64,000 nt of DNA from assembly GCA_963677195.1 (NCBI GenBank), contig OY781918.1, positions 420,923 through 484,922 on the forward strand, in the 5' to 3' direction. This stretch comes from an uncultured Marinifilum sp. GTDB lineage: Bacteria > Bacteroidota > Bacteroidia > Bacteroidales > Marinifilaceae. The first letter of the stretch is position 1. Each line of letters starts with the position of its first letter. A program made the position numbers and the translations under genes. Under the pieces are notes generated by a model. That model searched no databases. It was not told the DNA's origin and saw only the letters and a list, made by a program, of their open reading frames with translations. Shown in pieces: positions 16,825-26,207 of the stretch.

Positions 16825-19398
16825 TTAATAGCTTAAATCCAAAGTTTGTATTTTTAAAACTTCTTTCAATTTATTTAGTGAAAGTTTTGTATCAATTTTA
16901 AGCTCAATCGTATCGTTAGGCAATAAATCAAAATAGTTATCCGAAAAGAAAACATCTTCTTCACCAACGCTTAAAAATATATTTTTAGCCAACACATCTG
17001 TCTTTAAAGAAAGTACAAAACCCCCTTCACTTTCGTTGATTTTATAATCGACTTTTGGCCTTGGCAAATTCAACTCTTTAACTGGCTTAAAGTAAAGTAT
17101 GTTAGAAGCTATTTTCCTCCCATCTTTCATAATATTTGCAACAAGCAATTGATTTTCTGCATCTTCATCTTTCATAAAAGCTTCTAATTCCATTGAAAAA
17201 TATTCTGCACTTGAATTCTTCTCAATAATAATCTCATCAGATTTAGACCAAATTTCATTCCCAGAAAAATCAATCAATTTCAAATTTAATTCCGCATTTA
17301 TCTCATTCAAATGATCATTTACAATGCCTACTTTCAATATCTCATCCTCAACAAAAGGAGAAATCAAAAGTGGCTCAAAACCTTTCTTTACGTAATATTG
17401 CAAGGCTTTCCATTCCTGATAATAATCGGTAGAACTCCAGGAGGCAACAGGCCAGCAATCGTTAATTTGCCAATACAAACTACCCATACAATAAGGCATT
17501 TTACGTCGGTGGCCTTCTAATGCAAATTTAATTCCTTCGGCCTGTAAAACATGATTTACATACAGGAATGACTCAAAATCTTTTGGCTTCTTATAATCCT
17601 GCAACATGTAATATTCTATGGTTTCGTTGCCAATAGATGATCTCTGATGCGATTTCATAACATCTGAGAGAATATCGTAATCTTGTGGTTCAGCATATTT
17701 TCTTACTGATTTCATTTCTGGGAAAGATTGAAATCCATATTCACTCATGAAACGAGCTATATGAGTAGCATAAGTTTTAAATGGTTCTTTTCCCCACCAA
17801 ACTCCCCAATAATGATCATCACCATTAATTAAATCTGCATTTATACCAGTTCCCGATGAAGGACTTGAACTCCAGTAAAATCTTAATGAATCGAATTGTT
17901 CAACTGCCTTAGGCAATACATCATGAAATATATCCTCATAAGCTTTCCATACCTTATCTGCCACACCTTCTCCTTGCTCATTGGCTTGTTTTTTCCATCC
18001 CCAAGTGTTCCAGGCAACCAATATTTCGTTATTTCCACACCAAAGTGCAATACTAGGATGATTTCTTAGTCTTTTGATATTATCCTTAGCCTCTTCCTTT
18101 ACATTATCCAAAAATTCCTGATTCCCCGGAAACATTGCACATGCAAACATAAAATCCTGCCAAACCAAAATCCCGGCTTCATCGCATAAGTCATAAAACA
18201 AATCATCTTCGTAGTACCCGCCACCCCATACACGAAGCATATTCATATTAGAATGTTTGGCAGTAGTTATCACTTTTTTCAATTGTTCATTGCTAACTCT
18301 CGATGGAAATATGTCATTAGGAATATAATTGGCTCCTTTCATAAAAACAGGCACACCATTTACTTTGAAAAAAAACGAGGTTCCTTTTTTATCCTTCTCA
18401 CGAACCACCTCTACTGTTCTAATACCAATTCGGTGACCAGCCTCTTCAAGCTTCCCATTTACATTTATTTCTACCTTAATTGCATACATGGCTTGCTCTC
18501 CCAAACCATTGGGCCACCATAGCTTTGGTTTTTCAATATCAAAATTCACCTCATATTTGTGAACTCCTTGTTTCAAATGAACTTTTGATGAAGCCAAGTC
18601 TACACCTTCATTTTGAATCTGAATACCAGCCAAGATTTCTTTCTCAGATTCTAATTCTAGAACAGCAGTAAAATTGGCAACATCTTCGTTCACTTTATTC
18701 TGTACAATTTGCAGGTCAACTATTCTTGCATTGTCCCATGCTTTAAGATATACCGGACGCCAAATACCACTCGAGACCAATCGTGGTCCCCAATCCCAAC
18801 CATAATCATATCCTGCTTTTCGGGTGAAAATACTCACTCTTTTGTTTCCTTCTACTTGTCCTCGTTCTGCCTGATCATTCTCTGCACCGGGATAAACAAA
18901 ATCATTTTCATTATGCAGCCTTAAACCCTCTTTAATTGGTGATTTAAATTCGATTTTTAGAACATTATTTCCTGTTTTCAGATAGGCTTTAACATCAACC
19001 ATCCAGTCTCTAAACATGTTATTTGCCGATAATACTTCCTGATCGTTCAGATATACATCTGCATAGGTATCCAGACCTTTAAAATCAATAGCAATTCTTT
19101 CCTTATTCAGAATATCTTGAGACAATTCAAATTCTGTTTTGTATATCCAATCTTTTTTATCAATCCATTGCAAATCCAGTTCATTTAAACGATAGAATGG
19201 ATCTTCAATTTTTCCATTTTCTAACAAATCGGTGTGTACACAACCCGGAACTTTAGCGGGCAACCAATTCAACGAATCTTTTTGAGAAAACTGCCAATTA
19301 GAATTCAATTCTTTCACAATCATTAAGTTTTGATTTTGTGATTTGCAGCCTAAAAGAAATTGTAGGGCTACAATAAGTACAAGACATAGTCGAGGCAT
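16825..19398 (-). CDS. GH2 beta-mannosidase, lipoprotein
   Basis: A long ORF. I start it at the internal ATG 19398 (MPRLCLVLIVALQFLLGCKSQ, a lipoprotein signal) rather than at 19500. NGKIEDPFYRLNELDLQWIDKKDWIY and the GH2 TIM-barrel region (NMLRVWGGGYYE, ALWCGNNE) resemble characterised Bacteroides beta-mannosidases. Confidence 0.85.
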   Translation of the reverse strand: MPRLCLVLIVALQFLLGCKSQNQNLMIVKELNSNWQFSQKDSLNWLPAKVPGCVHTDLLENGKIEDPFYRLNELDLQWIDKKDWIYKTEFELSQDILNKERIAIDFKGLDTYADVYLNDQEVLSANNMFRDWMVDVKAYLKTGNNVLKIEFKSPIKEGLRLHNENDFVYPGAENDQAERGQVEGNKRVSIFTRKAGYDYGWDWGPRLVSSGIWRPVYLKAWDNARIVDLQIVQNKVNEDVANFTAVLELESEKEILAGIQIQNEGVDLASSKVHLKQGVHKYEVNFDIEKPKLWWPNGLGEQAMYAIKVEINVNGKLEEAGHRIGIRTVEVVREKDKKGTSFFFKVNGVPVFMKGANYIPNDIFPSRVSNEQLKKVITTAKHSNMNMLRVWGGGYYEDDLFYDLCDEAGILVWQDFMFACAMFPGNQEFLDNVKEEAKDNIKRLRNHPSIALWCGNNEILVAWNTWGWKKQANEQGEGVADKVWKAYEDIFHDVLPKAVEQFDSLRFYWSSSPSSGTGINADLINGDDHYWGVWWGKEPFKTYATHIARFMSEYGFQSFPEMKSVRKYAEPQDYDILSDVMKSHQRSSIGNETIEYYMLQDYKKPKDFESFLYVNHVLQAEGIKFALEGHRRKMPYCMGSLYWQINDCWPVASWSSTDYYQEWKALQYYVKKGFEPLLISPFVEDEILKVGIVNDHLNEINAELNLKLIDFSGNEIWSKSDEIIIEKNSSAEYFSMELEAFMKDEDAENQLLVANIMKDGRKIASNILYFKPVKELNLPRPKVDYKINESEGGFVLSLKTDVLAKNIFLSVGEEDVFFSDNYFDLLPNDTIELKIDTKLSLNKLKEVLKIQTLDLSY

Positions 19399-19444
19399 AA
19401 GTTTGATTTTTGGTTTTGCTTTGGCTTCAGGAATTCGAATACTA

Positions 19445-19503
19445 AAATAAACAGAAAAAAGAAACCGATGAACTGTAAACTGCAATTGTTTACAACTCAT
19501 CGG
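19445..19503 (-). terminator. Rho-independent terminator between GH5 mannanase and beta-mannosidase
   Basis: A 16-bp stem with 2 mismatches, CCGATGAACTGTAAAC..GTTTACAACTCATCGG (19465-19503), is followed on the minus strand by TTTCTTTTTTCTGTTTATTTT. Confidence 0.65.
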
Positions 19504-19516
19504 TGTTCATAATGCT

Positions 19517-20800
19517 CTATTGCTTAGAAATTAGATTTGTATATTCTTTGATGATGGCCTTTGTTGATTCATCAGTATCATACACAGAATACCATCCTTG
19601 ATATTCATGTGGCGGATCGCCAATTAAATCATCCCCCGTTTGCCATACGGCCATAGGGACTCTTGGTCTGCCTTCGCCTCCCCAAGCCCAAAAATTGGCT
19701 CCTGCCATATTTCCTTTTTTCGATAGACTTGTCACCTTTTCGAAAATGTATTTGTAATAAACATCTCTGTATTCAGTTTTCGCTTCTGTTTGGTAACTAT
19801 TAAAATCTCTTGATATACCAAACTCTTCTAAAACTATTGGTTTATTCAGTTTGTTGGCGATATCAAAGTGCTCTTTGATATATTTATCAGCCATAGCAAT
19901 AGATTTTTTGTACGATTCTTCTGGTTTTAACGGATCGTAGAATCCCCAATTCTGAATCCATAAATGGAAAGTACAATAATCGATGTATTCCGATTGATGA
20001 TCTTTTTCAAAATTGTTGCCTGTTTGTGGGAAAGGAGTATTTCCTTCGCTCCCAATAGAAACCAAATGATTTTCATCTAATGATTTGATGAATTTGGCAG
20101 TTTCGATAATCCAGTTTCGGTAAGCTTCTTCCTGATTGATTCCTTCTGGCTCGTTGGCCAATTGCCAGGCCATGATGGTAGGATCTTCTTTATAAGCAAT
20201 TCCATTTACCGAATTCACCCTGTTTACCACCAATTCTATTACTTGGTTAAAGTACTCCAATGCTTTTTGATTGGTATAAAATTGAGCTGTATATTCCTGA
20301 TAAGTTCTCCAATCTCCTCCTTTTGCAGGTGGAGGAAATGGAATAGATTCATTATTGTTGGCCCATGATACATATTGGGACATCCCTCCCGACCATGGCC
20401 AGAAATTGTTCAAACACATTACACCAAGCATGTCTCTTTTTCTCATCTCATCCAACAAGAAATCAAGTCCTTTCAGTAGTTCCTCATTAATTTTTCCAGC
20501 TTCAGTTTGCAAACAAGGTTGTAGTCTCCATTCTCCATTTGCATCTCCTTCCGATGTCGCCATCAAGCGAAGGTTTGTAAGGCCCAAATCTTTTAATCGA
20601 TCTAATTCTCTTACCAATCTCTCCTGGTCGTAGGCTCCTAAATTCATTCCATACCAGAAATTGGTTCCAATGTATTTGTATGGCTGTCCGTTTTTTATAA
20701 ATTTTCCATCTTTAACAAGTACAAACTTTTCGGATTCTATCGATTGACAAGACATAAATAGTAAGGCTATTAATATGTACTTAAATAATTTCATACTCAT
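19517..20800 (-). CDS. GH5 endo-beta-1,4-mannanase, lipoprotein
   Basis: A 427-aa ORF with FVLVKDGKFIKNGQPYKYIGTNFWY, WQLANEPE (acid/base) and VLEEFG (nucleophile). Its start overlaps the upstream stop as ATGA. Confidence 0.8.
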   Translation of the reverse strand: MSMKLFKYILIALLFMSCQSIESEKFVLVKDGKFIKNGQPYKYIGTNFWYGMNLGAYDQERLVRELDRLKDLGLTNLRLMATSEGDANGEWRLQPCLQTEAGKINEELLKGLDFLLDEMRKRDMLGVMCLNNFWPWSGGMSQYVSWANNNESIPFPPPAKGGDWRTYQEYTAQFYTNQKALEYFNQVIELVVNRVNSVNGIAYKEDPTIMAWQLANEPEGINQEEAYRNWIIETAKFIKSLDENHLVSIGSEGNTPFPQTGNNFEKDHQSEYIDYCTFHLWIQNWGFYDPLKPEESYKKSIAMADKYIKEHFDIANKLNKPIVLEEFGISRDFNSYQTEAKTEYRDVYYKYIFEKVTSLSKKGNMAGANFWAWGGEGRPRVPMAVWQTGDDLIGDPPHEYQGWYSVYDTDESTKAIIKEYTNLISKQ

Positions 20801-21651
20801 CGTTTTAAGGATAACATTTTTTCTGCATATCTTTTCCCCAATTCTCTTACCCCTGCTGAATTAAAGTGCACATGATCTTCTCTAACCGCACATCCTTTAG
20901 AAGAAATTACATGAGCAGTTGGTAAAACTTCTGGTAATTTATTTATGATTTGATTCATACTCGCACAAACACCATTTTGATCTACACCAACAACTTCTCC
21001 TGCCAAAAGTGGCACATCTTCAGCATTTAATGAAAGATCTGTAAGCATATTATTGTAAACAGTTTTTACATAGTTTGGCCACTCTTCATCATCTTGATTT
21101 GTTTCTCCCTGATGCAATAGAATTCCTTTAATTACTCCATCTTTCTGCGCTAATTTTGCCATCTCAATCAAGCGAGCATAAGGATTTCCTCCGTAAGCTT
21201 TAATTTTATCAGCAAACCAATCTTCAGGATATGTGTTGGTATAATCCTGGTAAATTTCTTTATCGAATAATCGGATATCACATCCACCAATGGCTACATT
21301 AATTACTCCAACTGAGATGTTCTCAGGAAGCTTTTCAAGCATTGTTCTACCAAAGTAATCGGCTGGTGACAAAGCAGACCAACATTGACTTAATGGTGGA
21401 ACTGCATCGTACCATTCACCTTTTTTTCTGTTAAAATCAGCACAATCCATTGGCGACATCATCTGGAATCTTGGATTTACAGATTTATCTTGTTCTTCGA
21501 TAGTTGCTGATCCTTCCATGTTTGATTGTCCGAAACAAAGGTAAATGTGAAAATTTGGATCGGGCTTTACTTCTGTAGTTTTAGGAGTATTTTTACATGC
21601 AATAAAGGATGTTAAAAGTACATAACACATTAGGCTAATTGTTTTATTCAT
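20797..21651 (-). CDS. SASA/DUF303-type carbohydrate acetylesterase, lipoprotein
   Basis: A 284-aa ORF with LCFGQSNMEG (the GQSNM Ser motif) and HFNSAG near the C-terminus. Confidence 0.75.
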   Translation of the reverse strand: MNKTISLMCYVLLTSFIACKNTPKTTEVKPDPNFHIYLCFGQSNMEGSATIEEQDKSVNPRFQMMSPMDCADFNRKKGEWYDAVPPLSQCWSALSPADYFGRTMLEKLPENISVGVINVAIGGCDIRLFDKEIYQDYTNTYPEDWFADKIKAYGGNPYARLIEMAKLAQKDGVIKGILLHQGETNQDDEEWPNYVKTVYNNMLTDLSLNAEDVPLLAGEVVGVDQNGVCASMNQIINKLPEVLPTAHVISSKGCAVREDHVHFNSAGVRELGKRYAEKMLSLKR

Positions 21652-21777
21652 TGTGGTTTTGTTTAGGTTTAGTCTCTATTCTAAAGTGCTCTAAGCAACT
21701 TTAGTTTATTTCGTCGCATGTTACAATTCCGATTTTAGCAAGTACAACAGATGCGACAATCTTAATATTTACACAAA

Positions 21778-21814
21778 CCCAGGGCGATGTTCGCTATCGC
21801 TCACTTGCCCTGGG
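21778..21814 (-). terminator. GC-rich hairpin just downstream of the symporter gene (possible weak terminator or processing site)
   Basis: CCCAGGGC..GCCCTGGG is an 8-bp GC-rich stem with an inner GCGAT..ATCGC pairing. It is followed on the minus strand by TTTGTGT. A second stem, GTCGCAT..ATGCGAC, lies at 21712-21756. Confidence 0.4.
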
Positions 21815-21839
21815 CTATTATAACAGAAGGTCTTCAGTC

Positions 21840-23474
21840 TTATATAAAAATCGCATACATCGTGAAACATGCAATTACAAGAAGGATTGATAAAACTCTA
21901 AAATTTTTATACCAAACCACTCCTTTTAATTCTTCAGTTTCCTCTTTCCAGATTTGAACTGTCCATGTATTTTGTGCAACTTTATCAGGATCAGGTAAAC
22001 GAGTCATTAAACTAACCACCACATTTACACAAATACTAAATATCATTACAACCGGTGCAATTAATAGAAAATGGTAAGGAATTGTAATATCCAATCCGTA
22101 TTTTGAAATCATTAAAATTGCTGCAACCAAAATACCTGAAATTAATCCCCAAAGTGCACCAAATTCGTTTGAACGTTTCCAGAATAAGCCAAGGAAAAAA
22201 GTACCTACAATTGGAGGTGCCAGGTAAGAAACTACCTCCTGATAATAGGATACCAATGAGTCGAAACTCGCAATAAATGGTGCCCATGCAACAGCAAACA
22301 CCAATACAACCAAAGAAGTAATTCGACCTACTTTCACCAACTTCTTGCTATCTGCATTTTTATCCCAACGCTGATAAAAATCCATAGTAAATAGTGTAGA
22401 AACCGAACTAAGTGTTGCACTTAAAGTAGATGTAAGAGCAGATATCATTGCTGCCAAAATCAAACCAATTAAACCAACTGGCAATAGCTTTACAATTAAT
22501 CGAGGATAAACCTGATCGGTATTAATTCCGAATGCAGATTTTAAAGTACTTCCATCAATAATTCCGGTAGGCAAATTTTCTACACCAAATAAGTTAATAC
22601 CTCTACCTATTAATCCCGGAAGGATAAAAATGAAAAGTGTAAATAGGTAAAGAAAACCAACAAAAAGTACTCCTTTACGACCATGATCGATTGATTTTGC
22701 AGACAGTACACGTTGTACCATTACCTGATTGTTTGCCCAGAAATAGAATCCCAGAATTGGAATTCCAATCCACATGCCCAACCATGGTACAGTAGGATCA
22801 TCGATAGGACGAGTTAGTTTCAGCCAAACTCCATCGCCAAAACGGCTGTATAATTGTTCCCATCCTCCAATTTCATCTAATGCGAAAAAATAAAGTATTC
22901 CAGAACCAATAATTAAGATGGTTGCTTGTATCATATCTGCATTAATTGCTGATGACAAACCACCAACAATGGTGTATGAACCAGCTACTGCAGCCATTAT
23001 TAAAATGATCCAAAACAATTCTGCTTCCGGGAAAATTAACTTGATAATTAGTGCTCCGGTATAAAGTGTTGCAGCTGCATCTAAAAACACATTCCCAAAA
23101 ATGGTTATGAATGAGAAATAATATCTTGATCGTTTATCGAATCGTTTCTCTAGAAATTCGGGCATGGTAAAGATGCCTGATTTGATATAGAACGGAAGAA
23201 AAAACAATGCAAAAAACACCATTACCAAAACTGAAATCCAATTGTAATTGAATACCGCAATTCCTGTTATGAAACCTTCTCCCGAGTGTCCCATTAAAGT
23301 TGAGCTGGAAACACTTGCAGCAAAGAGTGACAGACCAACAACTGGCCAGGTCATATTTCTTCCTGCCAGAAAATAAGATGTAGAATCAGAACTTTTCCCA
23401 TGTCTTAGCGCCCACCATACAATGGCAATAATAAAAAGCGCAAGAATGGTAATATCTATTGTACTAATATTCAT
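21840..23474 (-). CDS. Sodium:solute symporter family (SSF/SGLT-like) sugar transporter
   Basis: A 544-aa ORF, hydrophobic throughout (13-14 predicted helices), with SSF-type sequence (GRNMTWPVVGLSLFAASVSS..). Confidence 0.8.
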   Translation of the reverse strand: MNISTIDITILALFIIAIVWWALRHGKSSDSTSYFLAGRNMTWPVVGLSLFAASVSSSTLMGHSGEGFITGIAVFNYNWISVLVMVFFALFFLPFYIKSGIFTMPEFLEKRFDKRSRYYFSFITIFGNVFLDAAATLYTGALIIKLIFPEAELFWIILIMAAVAGSYTIVGGLSSAINADMIQATILIIGSGILYFFALDEIGGWEQLYSRFGDGVWLKLTRPIDDPTVPWLGMWIGIPILGFYFWANNQVMVQRVLSAKSIDHGRKGVLFVGFLYLFTLFIFILPGLIGRGINLFGVENLPTGIIDGSTLKSAFGINTDQVYPRLIVKLLPVGLIGLILAAMISALTSTLSATLSSVSTLFTMDFYQRWDKNADSKKLVKVGRITSLVVLVFAVAWAPFIASFDSLVSYYQEVVSYLAPPIVGTFFLGLFWKRSNEFGALWGLISGILVAAILMISKYGLDITIPYHFLLIAPVVMIFSICVNVVVSLMTRLPDPDKVAQNTWTVQIWKEETEELKGVVWYKNFRVLSILLVIACFTMYAIFI

Positions 23475-23479
23475 ATTTT

Positions 23480-23511
23480 AAAGTATCAAGGTAAAAGTAT
23501 CAAGTAAAAAG
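23480..23511 (-). repeat. Heptad-register CAAG/AAAG repeat (coding-strand CTTG), including two copies of AAAGTATCAAG
   Basis: MAAG occurs at 23480, 23487, 23494, 23501 and 23508. The 11-mer AAAGTATCAAG repeats with a 14-nt period, 6-37 nt upstream of the symporter ATG. Confidence 0.7.
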
Positions 23512-23568
23512 TAATAAAATCAAGGCTTCATTTGCCTTATTATTATCTGATCATGACAATTTTAAAAT

Positions 23569-25077
23569 TTAATAATTCAATGAGGTCAACAGTATGAAAC
23601 TATTAGCTGGAATTTTTAACACTCTTGTGTCTGCGTTTTCTTCTACTGCTATAGGAAATTCGTTTGCATCAACAGCTCTTTCTCCATCAACATAAAGGAA
23701 CTTTTTAAAATTCTTTGATTTTGGAATGTCTAAAGAAATCACATTATCCTGAGCTGAATTGTTCACAATAGCAATTGTCATATCATCATGATAAACCCCT
23801 GCAGTTAAACGAAGGCCATTAATTCCTGTACTATCGGTTTTTACAATATTACTTCCAGTTGGGAAATAGCGACAAATTAGTGACCACGAATAAAACCAAG
23901 GTCTCATTTTTTCATCTTCTGGATTGTTGCAAAGCTCTTTTCCAAGACTATTCCACATTCCCCATCTTTTCAGTTCGTTTTTGTTACCCAAATCGCCACA
24001 AGTATGCATCGCATCATCCAATGCCCAAGCTGCTGCTCCAGAATAACCAGCATTCATAGATTGAATTACGGCATCAGCCATATCAATCCCATAAGAGAAT
24101 TTATAAACATCCATCTGACTATCTTCGCAAGCATAAGAATCTTTCAAGGTAGCTTCCTGATTTTCCTTACCATTGCGGCTAAAGCCAAGCTCTCCAAAAA
24201 TAATTTGTTTGTTGGTATGCTTCATTAATTTGGCAATATCACCATGGTACTTTTTAAAGCCTCCGCTTCGAACCAAATCGTATTCGGTATAGTCGTGTAC
24301 TTCATAAATTCCGACAATATCATCCATTTGCTTGGCTGTTTCTTCTACCCAACCTGCACCTGTGTAGGTTGAATTTGGGTTATCGTAGCGAGTTACAGCA
24401 TCAGGTCCAGCAACCGAAATCATTTTATCCAAGCCTTTAGCTTTTAAACCTTCCACCAACAATTCAACTCCAGATTTCCACTTCTCAAAATCACCATTAA
24501 CACTCGACCAATCGCCATTTGGTTCATTAATAAAATTAAAATATTTGATACAGGTATATCCACGAGTATTAATCAGGAAATCAAGATATTCCACAATGCC
24601 ATTGATCCATTTAGGATCATCTGCTCCTGTAAATTTATCGGAATGCCCTTCGTTTAAATCATGCACCTTATAAGGAGTACCAACTTCTCCTAATAGAACT
24701 GTGATATTATTATCCTGTGCATAACTCAAAATCTTTTCAACAGCCTTTACCTCTTCCGTTTCAAAATCCAGAATTGGCTGATTTTTTTTATCAAATCCTA
24801 CCAAATAACGCCAATTGGCTTGATCGAACACACGAAATAATTTAGGCTGCATATAATCAAGCCTGTTAAAATTCATCTCCCATTTCTCATCCGTCATAAG
24901 TTTTCCCCATTCGGCACTCTCCGAATCGGCATGCGGATAGGCTGACCACTGCACTCCATTGCCAATAAAATTAGTCGAGATGTTTTGATCTGGATAGACC
25001 TTAATTACATTTTCTGTTTTAGGTGAACAAGCACAACTCAAAAAAAGCAGGCTTGCCACCAAGTGGAATATCTTCAT
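23569..25077 (-). CDS. GH5-like (clan GH-A) glycoside hydrolase, lipoprotein; paralog 1
   Basis: A 502-aa ORF with FINEPNGDW (NEP acid/base), VHDY and IFGELGF (nucleophile). It is collinear with the ORF at 26208..27728. Its start lies 1 nt after the GH130 stop. Confidence 0.65.
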   Translation of the reverse strand: MKIFHLVASLLFLSCACSPKTENVIKVYPDQNISTNFIGNGVQWSAYPHADSESAEWGKLMTDEKWEMNFNRLDYMQPKLFRVFDQANWRYLVGFDKKNQPILDFETEEVKAVEKILSYAQDNNITVLLGEVGTPYKVHDLNEGHSDKFTGADDPKWINGIVEYLDFLINTRGYTCIKYFNFINEPNGDWSSVNGDFEKWKSGVELLVEGLKAKGLDKMISVAGPDAVTRYDNPNSTYTGAGWVEETAKQMDDIVGIYEVHDYTEYDLVRSGGFKKYHGDIAKLMKHTNKQIIFGELGFSRNGKENQEATLKDSYACEDSQMDVYKFSYGIDMADAVIQSMNAGYSGAAAWALDDAMHTCGDLGNKNELKRWGMWNSLGKELCNNPEDEKMRPWFYSWSLICRYFPTGSNIVKTDSTGINGLRLTAGVYHDDMTIAIVNNSAQDNVISLDIPKSKNFKKFLYVDGERAVDANEFPIAVEENADTRVLKIPANSFILLTSLNY

Positions 25078-25078
25078 A

Positions 25079-26092
25079 TTAAGATTTTTTTACGAAGTCT
25101 AAAAGTTCTTTCACACTACAAGTTGCCAATCCAACATATTTATCGGCACCACCGTAATATACGTATAAAGTATCATCAACAATTACATTTCCTGTTGGGA
25201 ATACGCAGCCTTTATAAAACCCTTCAATTTCGTAATCATGCTCAGGCTCCATAATCCAGTCTTCGGCACGAGCAATTACTTTTGTAGGATCTTCCAAATC
25301 AAGCAATGCAACTCCAACACGGTAATATCCTTGGCCTCCATTTTCAACACCATGGTAAATCAACAACCAACCTTCATCTGTTTTTAAAGGTGGTGTGCTT
25401 CCGCCGATTTTTTCTTCCCAAGTACCTTCAATTCCTGTAAGCAACAATTTACTTGGCTCGTTCCAAACCATTAAATCATCGGAATAACGAATCCAAATTG
25501 CCGGCTGATCACAACCATATTCTTCGCCAATCCATTGTTTCGGACGATGAAGCATTGCGTATTTCCCATTGATTTTTTCTGGAAAAAGAATCACATCTCT
25601 GTCATCAAGATTGGTATCGGTAACACGACCTAAACGGCGCCAATTTTTAAAATCTTTAGTAACTGCTAAACCTGAATTTGCAATGTTATCTTTCATCACA
25701 GCAGGAGAATCCGCTCCAACTTCAGGAAGTAGAATTACATCATGTGCAAATTTCCAGTATTGTCCTGGGTAATGAGGACGATATGCATAAGTTACATAAA
25801 ACTCATCGCCAAATTTAACGATTCGAGGATCTTCAACACCACCTTGATCTGGTCCATCAACACTTGGTCCAAAAGTGGGCTCATCCGAAACTCTTTCGAA
25901 ATTTACACCATCCTTACTCACTGCCGTTCCCATGCGGATATAATGTTGTTCATCGTCGCCAGCTGCGCGATACAACATTGTAAATTCTCCGTTTTCATAC
26001 CATACTCCCGGATTACAAACCACTAAGTTTTCCCAATAGTTAGTTGCATGTGGTTTTAAAATTGGGTTATTTGGATGTTTTGTTAATTTCAT
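25079..26092 (-). CDS. GH130 beta-mannoside phosphorylase
   Basis: A 337-aa ORF with NPILKP..WENLVVCNPGV, YRAAG, VSKDGVNFER and GGVEDPRIV, the typical GH130 five-bladed propeller signature. Confidence 0.88.
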   Translation of the reverse strand: MKLTKHPNNPILKPHATNYWENLVVCNPGVWYENGEFTMLYRAAGDDEQHYIRMGTAVSKDGVNFERVSDEPTFGPSVDGPDQGGVEDPRIVKFGDEFYVTYAYRPHYPGQYWKFAHDVILLPEVGADSPAVMKDNIANSGLAVTKDFKNWRRLGRVTDTNLDDRDVILFPEKINGKYAMLHRPKQWIGEEYGCDQPAIWIRYSDDLMVWNEPSKLLLTGIEGTWEEKIGGSTPPLKTDEGWLLIYHGVENGGQGYYRVGVALLDLEDPTKVIARAEDWIMEPEHDYEIEGFYKGCVFPTGNVIVDDTLYVYYGGADKYVGLATCSVKELLDFVKKS

Positions 26093-26170
26093 GTTTTTAT
26101 ATAATTAGCCACAAGCTTACAGCTGTCAGCAATCAGCAAACATTACCTTTCTACTGACAAACTATAATAA

Positions 26171-26183
26171 CTTGTATCTTGAT
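26171..26183 (+). repeat. Inverted copy of the CTTG heptad motif (CTTGTATCTTGAT)
   Basis: It matches the minus-strand CTTGTGTCTTGAT at 27770-27758 at 12 of 13 positions. It lies 24 nt beyond the stop of the GH5-like gene at 26208..27728. Confidence 0.6.
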
Positions 26184-26207
26184 TTTTAATTGTTATTCTG
26201 ATTTTTA

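Noticed and set aside
19399-19500. The track gives N-terminal extensions for the beta-mannosidase (to 19500), GH3 (to 49284), HTCS (to 35619) and GH5-like paralog 2 (to 27755).
   Set aside because: The extensions precede perfectly good signal peptides that start at internal ATGs. Some begin at TTG, and they overlap a terminator (19465-19503) or the upstream GH10 gene (49199-49284).
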